Of a stretch of 64,000 nucleotides of DNA, positions 1-10,400 are shown in pieces (position 1 is the stretch's first letter; each line of letters opens with the position of its first letter). The notes beneath the pieces were generated by a model. It saw only the letters and a list, made by a program, of their open reading frames with translations, had not been told where the DNA came from and made no database searches. This DNA is from Rebecca billardiae RCC1528 (lineage: Eukaryota > Protista > Haptophyta): contig OZ251225.1 of assembly GCA_965240325.2 (NCBI GenBank), forward strand, positions 1,798,001 through 1,862,000, read 5' to 3'. Made by a program: the position numbers and the translations under genes.

Positions 1-668
1 GGTGTCTGGGGCAGGAGCTGGCAGGTGGGGACCGTAACGGCCGGTCGCGAGCCGTAACGGCCGGTGTAACCTTGTAACCTGTGTAACCAGGTAACTGGTT
101 ACATCGGAGGCCAGGGACTCTGGAGGCAGGAGCAATGGCATGTAGTGGGGACCGTAACGGCTGGTCGCGAGCTGTAACGGCCGGTGTAACCTTGTAACCT
201 GTGTAACCAGGTAACTGGTTACATCGGAGGCCAGGGACTCTGGAGGCAGGGGCAATGGCAGGTAGTGGGGACCGTAACGGCTGGTCGCGAGCTGTAACGG
301 CCGGTGTAACCTTGTAACCTGTGTAACCAGGTAACTGGTTACATCGGAGGCCAGGGACTCTGGAGGCAGGAGCTGGCAGGTGGGGACCGTAACGGCCGGT
401 CGCGAGCTGTAACGGCCGGTGTAACCTTGTAACCTGTGTAACCTGTGTAACCTGTGTAACCAGGTAACTGGTTACATCGGAGGCCAGGGTGTCTGGGGCA
501 GGAGCTGGCAGATGGGGACCGTAACGGCCGGTCGCGAGCTGTAACGGCCGGTGTAACCCTGTAACCTGTGTAACCTGTGTAACCAGGTAACTGGTTACAT
601 CGGAGGCCAGGGACTCCGGAGGCAGGTGCTGGCAGGTGGGGACAGTAACGGCCGGTTGCAAGCTGTAA
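1..668. repeat. Tandem satellite A, ~115-132 bp unit rich in GTAAC/TGTAACC sub-repeats; runs off the left edge
   Basis: GGGGAC(C/A)GTAACGG recurs at about 27, 147, 267, 382, 514 and 638. Unit length varies with the number of internal TGTAACC copies. Confidence 0.95.
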
Positions 669-739
669 CGATGATGATTCAGAGAGCTCAGAATACCTTG
701 CCGATATTCTGTGCGCCAACCCGTGCAGCGATTCATAAT

Positions 740-2056
740 CTTCCGCCGAAATTCTGGTCGCCAGTACATACAGCGGCTCGGAATCCCTCGCCAAAATTCT
801 GGGCATCAGTACATACAACTCTCACAGAGTCTCATGCCGAAATTCCGGTCGCCAGTACATACAGCTGCTCGATTTTTTTGCAAAAATTCTGGGCTCAACC
901 TATGCAGCAGCTCAGAATCTCGCGCCGAAATTCTGGGCGCCAGCCCATGCAGTCGCCCAGAATCTCCCGCCGAAATTCTGGGCAACCCATGCAGTCGCTC
1001 AGAATCTCCAGCCGAAATTCTAGGCGCCAGTACATACAGCCGCTCGGAACCTTCTGCCAAAATTCTGGGCGCAACCCATACCGCCGCTCAGAATCTCCAG
1101 TCGAAATTCTGGGCGCCAGTACATACAGCCGCTCAGAACCTTCAGCCAAAATTCTAGGGGCTCAACCTATGCAGCAGCTCAGAATCTCGCGCCGAAATTC
1201 TGGGCGCCAGCCCATGCAGTCGCCCAGAATCTCCCGCCGAAATTCTGGGCGCAACCCATACCGCCGCTCAGAATCTCCAGCCGAAATTCTGGGCGCCAGT
1301 ACATACAGCCGCTCAGAGCCTTCTGCCAAAATTCTGGGCGTGAACCCATACCGCCGCTCAGAATCTCCAGCCGAAATTCAGGCGCCAGTACATACAACCG
1401 CTCAGAACCTTCTGCCAAAATTCTGGGCGTCAACCCATACCGCCGCTCAGATTCTCCAGCCGAAATTCTGGGCACCAGTACATACAGCCGCTCAGAACCT
1501 TCAGCCAAAATTCTAGGGGCTCAGCCTATGCAGCAGCTCAGAATCTCGCGCCGAAATTCTGGGCGCCAACCCATGCAGTCGCCCAGAATCTCCCGCCGAA
1601 ATTCTGGGCGCAACCCATACCGCCGCTCAGAATCTCCAGCCGAAATTCTGGGCGCCAGTACATACAGCCGCTCAGAGCCTTCTGCCAAAATTCTGGGCGT
1701 GAACCCATACCGCCGCTTAGAATCTCCAGCCGAAATTCAGGCGCCAGTACATACAACCGCTCAGAACCTTCTGCCAAAATTCTGGGCGTCAACCCATACC
1801 GCCGCTCAGATTCTCCAGCCGAAATTCTGGGCGCCAGTACATACAGCCGCTCAGAACCTTCTGCCAAAATTCTGGGCGTGAAACAATGCAGCCGGTCAGA
1901 ATCCTCCCGCCAAAATTCTGGGCGTGAACATATGCAGCCGGTCAGAATCTCCCGCCAAAATCTTGGGCGTCAACCCATGCAGCCGTTCAGAATATCCTGC
2001 CGAAATTCTGGGCGCCTGTACACGAAGCAGCTCAGAATCTCTCGCCAAATTTCAGC
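740..2056. repeat. Tandem satellite B, 44-46 bp monomer with a 359-bp (8-monomer) higher-order repeat
   Basis: ATTC(T/A) anchor at 1151, 1197, 1242, 1286, 1331, 1376, 1420, 1465 and 1510. Block 1151-1509 is repeated nearly identically from 1510. Confidence 0.95.
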
Positions 2057-2099
2057 GAGATAAGGCGATGTAACCTGTAACCACCGCCATTCGACTTAC

Positions 2100-2720
2100 C
2101 CTGGCCAAAAAAGCGCAACACCTCCATGCTGGGTAACCACTCGAATAATAACAACTAGCAACGAATATACCAGCACCAAGACAATAAAACCTGACCACGG
2201 CGAGACGACTATAATTCGACTACCGGAGCAGTCTTAAAACATATATTTCAACTACACCGCGATATTACAATTAAATAAAGACCCGAGTAGTCTTAAAACA
2301 TCGATCAATTTTATTACGCAGCATTATTAAAATATGTGCGTATCAGTGTATAATGATATATATTATTCAGTAGCCTTATTAAAATACGTTCGAATTATAC
2401 ACTGATATTTTATTATAAAATATCGGAGTAGTCTTAAATTGTAAGTACTAGAGCAGTCTTAAAATGTACTTGAAAACAATTAAATATTTTGAATGGCATA
2501 TTTTGAATGGCATAAAAATATGCGGTCGTTAAAATTAAAATCCGTTCATGCACCATTGTAAAAAAATTAAATAATGTATTATATACGTGTATTATCACTC
2601 ATATCGATATTGGATTATTGATGTATCATACTACACGTACAGGCACATAGGTGTGCATCCATATTTAATCGCATGTACCCGTGTGCTACATGTTCCAGGA
2701 TTTAGTTATCGTAATTCAGG
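2100..2720. other. AT-rich non-coding island with four GAG(C/T)AGTCTTAAA copies
   Basis: Sharp GC drop relative to the window. Motif at about 2226, 2285, 2426 and 2452; ATTCGACTTACC at about 2089 and 2213. Confidence 0.8.
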
Positions 2721-2792
2721 AGATCATAGTAACCTGTGTGACCCACATAGGGAGATCGTTTTCCCCCTCAAGCCCGCCTTCGGAAGGGGCCT

Positions 2793-2813
2793 GGGGGGGG
2801 GGGGGGGGGGGGG
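2793..2813. repeat. G21 homopolymer
   Basis: Directly visible. Confidence 0.95.
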
Positions 2814-3103
2814 CATAAACTAATAATCGATCTAGCTACTTGCCTCACCGGATTCGTCATCACTGATGAATATATGCAATACGTTCGGTGAACTCCGACT
2901 CGCTGCTCGCTCTCTCTCTCTCATCATCAGCGACTCTAACTCTCGTCTAGTTAGATCTATGACGACGCGAGCTCTCTCTCTCAGACTCTCATCGCCATCG
3001 GCTCTCGTCACCTTGATCTCCGCCGTCTCTCTCTTAATTATACTTAAAAGTCTGATGGGCGCTCGCTAGTCGCTGCGCTACTGTATAAATCTCCACATCG
3101 ATC

Positions 3104-3105
<2 letters not shown>

Positions 3106-3193
<88 letters not shown>
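3106..3193. repeat. (TC)44 microsatellite
   Basis: Directly visible; abuts the stop codon of the GT77-type gene. Confidence 0.97.
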
Positions 3194-3197
<4 letters not shown>

Positions 3198-4385
3198 TGT
3201 TGATGACAGTAGTGATGATGATGAATAATGATGTTCCCTGGGGTGCAACATGGGCATTGGGCCGCGTCGTTGCAGCCTGAGCCGCAACCCACTGCTGATG
3301 TCGCGGCTCGCAGCCGCGTGCAAATCGGCCACTGCCGGCGAAACGGCTGTCCACGGGACATTGTTGCACGAGCGGCACGTCGGGGATGGGTCGGCAACGT
3401 CGGCGGCCTGCAGGAGCCCACATCTCTCCGAGCCTGTTTTGTTGCTGACCACGGCATGCTCCGCCACGCCGGGCAGAGCGTGGCGAAAGCCCGCTTTCAC
3501 CCGGGCGGCCTGCCAACTCTTCTCGGGCGTGAACGACGCGAAGCCAAGGCTGTACACCTGGCAGCAGGAGACCATGCGGAGCGCCTCCAGGGACAGCAGG
3601 GCAGCGTTGAAAGCGCCTTGGTCCCAGATGCCCCGCAGCGTGCCCTCGAGCGCCAGCCGCGTGAGCTCAAGGGTGCCCGGCGTGGCGCGGACGATCATGC
3701 GGCCGAAGTTGAGCGTCGTACATCGCATGACAGAGCCAAGCGACTGGCCCTGGCACGACTTTTGCTTCTTCGGCTTGAAGTCCCGCTCGGCCATCACGTC
3801 CGCGCGTGCGAACTTGCCCGCCTTGGCGAGTGCGGGGAGCGTCAGCACAAAGTCGAGGTCGATCAGCATCACACTGCAGCCGCACCGGATGAGCTTGTGC
3901 AGCAGGTACGCCTTGGGCACCTGCACCGATCGCCAGCCGTGACAGTTGTGCGTCTTCGTGACCCACCCCTCGATGAGGGACCACTTGCGCGCATCCCAGA
4001 GCATGACATTCTGGCGGGCGCCCACGTCCCACCGCTCGCCCGCGCTGCACGCCACGTCGTCCACGCACGCGTAGATCTTCGAGGTGGACTCGACGAACTC
4101 GGCGGTGGCGCTGGCCATCACGTGCAATGCCGTCTGGTTCGCAAACCACGAGTTGTATACCGTCAGCGTCACGATGCTCTCTTCACGCACGGCTGGTCTG
4201 GCCGTCGCCGATGCGGGACCTGCGCTGGCAGCGGCCGCAAGGGCGTCGTGCCAGGCGACCTCAGCGACAGCCGGATCACATTGCGCTGGGCAGAATGGTT
4301 GCATCAGACGCGGCCCATTGCCACTGCCGAAGGCGCTGGCGACCAGCATCAACAACGCGTGGGCCGTGAACGCGAACGGCGCCAT
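3192..4385 (-). CDS. Nucleotide-diphospho-sugar transferase (Nucleotid_trans / GT77-like glycosyltransferase)
   Basis: Hydrophobic N-terminus MAPFAFTAHALLMLVASAFG. DxD motif (VMLIDLDFVL), LNFGRMIVRAT and WDQGAFN match the family N.G / DQ..FN signatures. Start placed at ATG 4385; C-terminal tail uncertain. Confidence 0.75.
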
Positions 4386-4414
4386 CGGGCATCGGCTCCG
4401 ACGCGAACGGCCTG

Positions 4415-4475
4415 TACAGTTTATGTGCACGTTAAATCATAGTAAACTGTACTATGTTTTTACGTGCACACTTGG
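4415..4475. mobile_element. Tc1/mariner-like terminal relic, family A (CAGTTTACTATGATTTAACGTGCACACTTGG ends)
   Basis: TA|CAGTTTA...TAAACTG|TA (4417-4449), overlapped by a TGTGCACGT..CATAGTA / TACTATG..ACGTGCACA inverted pair. The same motif occurs twice at 31972-32033. Confidence 0.55.
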
Positions 4476-4516
4476 CCGTAACAGTGGCGACGACGATGAT
4501 GCAAGCTTGGGCCGTA

Positions 4517-5123
4517 TGGAGCGCTTCTGTTGGAACTTGAGCGGGGGTGGAACTTGACACCGCATTTCCCAGCGAAGTGCCCCATCTCGGCGGGGCTGGC
4601 ACGGTCGGCACACGCTCCTGAGCGCTCGCTTCGCGGTGCGGCAGGCCTTGGGCAGCCCAGACAGACATGCCGCGACCGAATTACCGGGCCATGCGCGTAC
4701 CACACCCGCGCTACATGGCCTGCGCGCTGGACGACTGAGAGGCAACGCCGAACCACTGCATTCCACTGCCCCGCATGCACCCCGAGTCACCTTCAGAGGG
4801 CGTCGACGAGCGCAGAGCGGGTGCGTGGGAGTTCGACCAACTCGCGTACCTTCTTGCAAGGACCAGCGGCGAGGTCGCAAGCCGAACCTTGACCAGCCGT
4901 GGAACTTGAGCTGGTCGGCAGCAAAACCACCGTTTAACCCGGATCAAGTTAGCAGCGTGCGAGGAGGAGGCGCGGTGCGCGTCCGCGGCTGGCGAGAGGC
5001 GTCCGGACCGTGCCGTTCTCGGCCGCGCCCGCGCGCTTCCCGCCGCCGCAGGCCCCGTGTACGCCCGTCGTCGCCCTCGCCGCGCGGGCGCCAAACCGGC
5101 GTCAAGTTCCAACGAGCGCTCGA
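4517..5123 (+). mobile_element. MITE-A copy 1 (607 bp, ~22-bp TIRs, TA duplication)
   Basis: TA|TGGAGCGCTTCTGTTGGAACTTGA ... TCAAGTTCCAACGAGCGCTCGA|TA. Near-identical inverted copy at 36978-37582. Internal GGAACTTGA repeats. Confidence 0.9.
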
Positions 5124-5573
5124 TAGATGATGCTACCATGAAGGATGGCCGCTTTTGAACCTGCGATGGAGGCCCTGCCGCACGCGCCCGTGCGCGGCGA
5201 GGGGTGGAGTGCGGGGCTGGCGGGCGTAGGGGTCTCCTCGAGAGGGTCGATGAGTCCCCCGCCCAAGCGAGGGCCACCGCCTCAGTCGGCCTCTCCGCGT
5301 CGCGCGCGTCGTCGGCGCGCGGGTGCTTTCGAGCCCTTGCGAAGGCACGCCGAGGTACGAGCAGTCGGCCACAGTGCGCTGATGCGGCGCCGCGCCCACT
5401 GGCGGAGCAGACGCGAGCTCTCGCCCTTTTCTCAGTTCTTCAAGAACGGATTTGTTCTGCTCAAGTTTAGTGGTACACGACTGGTCGTACAGTCTGGGCT
5501 TGCCTTCACCATCGGTTGATCGGGATTCGGGTACCAGACGTGGCGCGACGGCGGTCATCCTTTATAGCGGGCG

Positions 5574-6554
5574 TCACTGCAGCCGGAACATGCGGGCTGA
5601 GTTTGCGTACGCTGCGTGCGCCACCTCCAATATGGGCGCTCCGCGCGCGCCTGCGAGGACCTCGAGCACCTGGCGCAGGTGGCAGGGCTCGTTGCGTGCC
5701 TTGACGCACAGCTCGGCCGACCACTTCTCCTTCTTGGCCTCATCGTAGTGCGTCTGCACGTGGACGAAGCCAGCGTGCGTGCGCTTGATCTGGCACCACG
5801 GCGCGTCGGTCTCGATCATGAGCCGATCCAGCGGTACACTCGCCGCCACCGCCAGGTTCTCCTCCGTCCGCATCGAGCAGCCGTTTATGCCGACGCAGAG
5901 GCCGTCGAGGGCCAGGAGCTCAGACAGCTCTGCCGCGTCGCCGTCAAACGAGTGCACCACGCCGCCACGCGGGTAGCACTCGCGCGGGGCGGCGCGCAAG
6001 GTCGCAGCGAAGTCGCCGGTGGTGTTCCGGTTGTGCAGGAAGAGTGGCAGACCCGTCTCGCGCCCCAGCTGGAGCTGCGCCTCGAACCACCGTCGCTGCA
6101 CGTCCTTTGCGCAGAAGTGCAGCCGGTCGTAGTCCAGCCCGATCTCGCCGATGGCAACGACCGTGCCGTCGGACATGCCATCGCGAGCCACCTCGAGGAG
6201 CTGCGCGACTGTCGTGGGCCCAGATCCACCCTCTCCCGGGCGCTCAAACTCGTTGCACCTGGTCGGGTGCACGCCCACGGTGCACCCCAGCCTGATTGAT
6301 GTTGAGCCGCGCAGGCTGCGGACGAGCTGGACGGCATTCCGGCTCTCGGCGAGGCTACCGGCCGTGATCATCACGTCCTCGACGCCGGCGGCCGCAGCTC
6401 GAGCAAGGACGTGGTGCAAGTCCGCGTCATGCGCCTTCTTCCCATGGTACACGCCCTCATACATGGAGTCGAGCAGATTGGCGCCAATGTCGAACAGCCG
6501 GAGCTCTGCGGCAGGTCGTGCGTTCGTCTCGGCCGCGTCGGGGGCGGTGGCCAT
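5574..6554 (-). CDS. TATDN1: TatD-family deoxyribonuclease (TATDN1-like)
   Basis: FDIGANL, TVGVHP, AIGEIGLDYDR, LPLFLHNR, GGVVHSFDG, GINGCS, LMIETDAPW and RNEP motifs. Start uncertain (ATG 6554, or in-frame ATG 6686 with a possible targeting peptide). Confidence 0.93.
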   Translation of the reverse strand: MATAPDAAETNARPAAELRLFDIGANLLDSMYEGVYHGKKAHDADLHHVLARAAAAGVEDVMITAGSLAESRNAVQLVRSLRGSTSIRLGCTVGVHPTRCNEFERPGEGGSGPTTVAQLLEVARDGMSDGTVVAIGEIGLDYDRLHFCAKDVQRRWFEAQLQLGRETGLPLFLHNRNTTGDFAATLRAAPRECYPRGGVVHSFDGDAAELSELLALDGLCVGINGCSMRTEENLAVAASVPLDRLMIETDAPWCQIKRTHAGFVHVQTHYDEAKKEKWSAELCVKARNEPCHLRQVLEVLAGARGAPILEVAHAAYANSARMFRLQ

Positions 6555-7468
6555 CTGCACGGCCTGGCGTTCCGGGCCCGGGCCCGACGCGGCATGCGTG
6601 AGTGCACGGCTCGCGGCGGCCGTGTGGTGCGAGACGCGGCCTTGGGACACGGCCAAGATGAGCGCGTCGAGAAGCGCCGTCGCCATTGTCTTTCGCTCCG
6701 GCACTAAAGACGCCGGACGCTCGATGGTGGGATCCGGACCACTCTTCTGAACTCCGTTGCCAACGGCGCTTCGCCACAGCACCGAGCACGGCGGGTGCGG
6801 TCCGTCGCCGCCGCTGACGCGCTGTTGGGGCTGCAGGACATGCGCCGACGGCGCTTGGAGATCTGCACGAGCTTGGAGATGCGTAAGCATGCGCTGCAGC
6901 TGGCTCGGGAGGATCCGTGGTCGGGCGGTGGAGGGGCCAGCCTCGCGGAGCAGCCCAGCAACGGCGGCTGACACTCCCGTGCGGCCGGCCGACTACCCCC
7001 GTCCCGCGGCCCAGGCCGCGGCAGGGCGGTCCCAGGCGCCAGCCGAGCCGCCGAGCGCTTGCGATGCGTCGCGGTCGTCGTCGCGTTGTCAGCCAACGCA
7101 CCCTTGGGCCGTGAGTGAGCAGCAAGGATGCTTACTTAAACGTTGTTGACTGACATTTTTGTCAAATTTGTCATTTGTGCAGTGCCGGTGCCGGACAGCC
7201 GCGCCTGTCGGAGTCGGACGGTCTATAGTAAATAGTCTGTAGTCTCTCTGACACGTGACAAGTAGACAATCACTATGCTATGCTGACATCATCACACTGT
7301 GCAACATGATGGCGACGCCGATACGGTGCGGCACGCCCTCCCGCATCCGCCAGGCCACGCGCCTTCGCTCAAGCGTGATGGCGGCATCAGCGGCAGGCAG
7401 TGGGTGGGCTTGAATGTGCGAGGCTGACTTGGGGAGCGTGATCTTGAGTGGCTTGGCGCCCGCTCTCG

Positions 7469-10400
7469 TCACTGCTCGGTGCCAAGATACCCAGCGATCA
7501 AGTGCGACATGCTTGCCGAGAAGGCGATCACAAATGGCTCGAGGAGAACGAACGTCTCGGCCGTGGAGATCTGCGGGCGCGGGATGGGCGGGTGGATGGC
7601 CGCGCGTGAGTGCGGGGCGAAGCAGCACGGGGGCGCACAGGCGCACGCGGCGTGCGTTCGAGGGCAGCGTACGGGCCGCCGCGCGCGCTCACCCCCCACG
7701 CGGCGAGAGCAAGCGACGTCACTTCGGGCGAGAAGCCGATGCCGAGCACAAGGCTCACCGCCGCGAGCGCGGCAAACAGGCCAACGACAAGCACCCATCC
7801 GAGTGCAAGCTGTGGGCGTGGGAGTGGGGCGGGCGTGGGAGCGGAGGGGCGGGAATGTGAGTGGCGGGCGGGTAGCAGAGCGCACGGCGGGGCGCAAGGG
7901 CCCACCCGCGCGTGCCACACGGCGCAGCGCCGCACCGATGCCTTGTCAGCCGTGGTCTCCTTCTTGGCGGGCGCGCCCTCGTCGTCGATGGCATACTTGC
8001 CGGCCGCGTCCTTGGGCAGGGGCCCTGCCGCCTCCTGCAGCTTGTCGAGGTTGAAGATGCCCGTGGTGGGCTGCGAGGCCAGAATAGACGGCGGCGCTGG
8101 CCTCACGGGCCTCTGCCCGCCCGCGTCGTCTCCCGGCGTCGGGTAGATCTCCGCGGCCTGCTCGGACGTGGACGCCTCGCCCTCCGGACCGGGACCGGGC
8201 GGGCTCGGCGGCGCGCTCAGCCGCGGGCTGCGCGGAGGGCTAGGCGGCGGGCTCGGTCCGGGCGGCGATGAGGGCGCTGAGGGCGGTGCCGACGAGCCAG
8301 CCGCGGCATCACCCTCCGCAGGTGTCGTCGACGGACCCGTCGGCGGCGTGCTCGACGGCGCAGGCCGCGAGCGTAGCAGACCCCCGCCCTCGTCGCCAGT
8401 GCCCATCGTGAGCGGCGCGCGCGCCGCGCCGCCCAGTCCAGCCGGCCGCGGCCCGCTGGATGTGGGCGTCACCCTGAGGACGGGAGCGGGGGACGGCGCA
8501 GGAGCAAGGGGCGCGTGGGTGGAGGAGACTAGGTCAGTGCACGGGCCAGGGCGGAGATGGAGCGTGCGCACGGGGCGGCGCATCCGCCGCTGCACTGCGT
8601 CGCACGCACCGTGTGCCCGGTGGGGCTCCGCGACTCGCGCCACCAAGCGGCGCGCGGCGCGGCGGGGGCGCGGCCGCCGGCGCGCCGCGCGGCGCAGCGG
8701 CGGCTGGGGCGCCTGCTGGGCGTGCGGGGAGCCGCGAGCACGAGGTCGGCGGAGGCATCGACGCACGCGTGCCCACAGGCTGCGCACGCGGCGGCGGCGG
8801 CACCCCCCGCGCGTCCGCCGTCGATGTCGGCGGTGTGGTGCTTGGCTGCGAGCCGCCCGCCTGCGGCCGCTGCGAGCCTGCCGAGCTGTTCTGGCTCAGC
8901 CGCTTGGTGAGCTCCCATGGCGGCGGCACGCGCTCGCGCTTCATGGCAGCAGCGGCCGGCGCGCCCGCCGCCGGCCCCGCCTGCGGCGCGTCGTACGACA
9001 GCGCGATCCGCGAGCGGCACGCGCTGCCTGAAGGCTGGCCGACCGGAGGCTGGCGCAGCCGCATGGAGGCGGTCGAGCCAGCGGCGCTGGTCGGGCCTCC
9101 GACCTCGCTGTTGGCGCGCGTGCCGGGAAGGCTGCCTGCGCTGATCGAGGGCACGTTGATGCGCTCGCGCATGCCTGCCGGCGGAGGCACGCGCGTGCTT
9201 GTCGGCCGAGGCACCGGCCGCAGCGTGGGCGGCTGCGCCGGGGCGAGCCCCGCGCGCACGGGCATCACGCGGCCCGAGCCGGCCGGCGCGCCCGCCGCCG
9301 TGGCCTCCGGGCCACGGCACTCGCCCTCCTCAGGGATCGCCGGCTCTGCAACCCTCGTCCGCATGATGCCGGCGCCTTCGGCCGAGCCGGGCTCAGCGGC
9401 CGAGTCCTCGGCGGCCGCCCGCATGCCTTCCGTTCCGACAGGCGTCGTCTGCGACGATGTCGGGCGCGAGCGCGAGGCGGTCGTTGAGGCCGTTCCGGGC
9501 CGCGAGCCGCGGCGGTCCCAGCGCCGACGCCGGCCGCCGAAGCACATGGAGGCGGTGACGATCATCGCCTGCACGAGGCGCACGGGCGAGGACGCCCACG
9601 AGAGCCGCGACGCGGCGATGAAGACGAGGCGCGTGATGTACAGCGCCGGGAGCGCGACGATCGCCACAAGCGTCGCGTGCAGGAAGAGCGCGCCGGCGCC
9701 GGTCGTCGCGTCCGCGCCGCTCGAGAACCAGGGGAGGCCGCCTGCAAAGAAGGCGGCCTGCAAGCAGAGGATGAGCATCATCTGCGTGAAGACCGTCTGC
9801 AGCAGCGCGGGGCGGCGCAGCCCCGGGTCGGCCTCGCCGATCGAGAGCGCGAGCAAGGAGAAGTTGTCCTCCAGCGCGAACTTGATCCGCTTCGGCAGCG
9901 GGATGCGCGCCTCCGAAGGCTTCTTGGCCTTCTGCCGGAACTGCGCCGCGGCGGCCGAGCGCGCGGCGAGGCGCTTCAGCCGGTCGGTGTTGCGCGTGCG
10001 CAGGCTCACGCGCGAGTCTTGGAGGGACGCGGCGCCGACGAGCAGGATGTTGAGGAACGTGATCACCGCGACCGCGGCGATCAGCCCGACCGAGGTGAAG
10101 AGCGTCTCGGCGATGCCGGACACCTGCGACGTGGACGAGCTGCTGCTGTCGCCAGCGCCACCGCCGCCGCCACTGGCGGTGTCGGGCGACGGGCCGGGCG
10201 GCGGCGGCGGCGACATCACACCGGCAAAGTCCGTCAGGTGCGAGGTCGTGCAGACCAGGGTGCCGTTGAGCTGGTCGAGGTTGTTCTGGTTCGGGTTGAA
10301 GGCGGTGGCCACGCCGCTGAACTGCCACGCACGCGAGTCCTCGTCCCAGAAGGCGCAGCGCGCAAACTCGTTGCACGCCAGGCCCATCCAGCCATTGTCA

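Noticed and set aside
740-2056. CRISPR-like appearance of the 45-bp array
   Set aside because: There are no unique spacers, the variable parts are themselves repeated, no cas genes are present, and the context is eukaryotic.
339-2063. Multiple ORFs up to 296 aa
   Set aside because: They are translations of satellites A and B; there is no domain signal.
5133-5558. Small ORFs on both strands between MITE-A and TatD
   Set aside because: No recognisable motif, and the coding strand cannot be decided.
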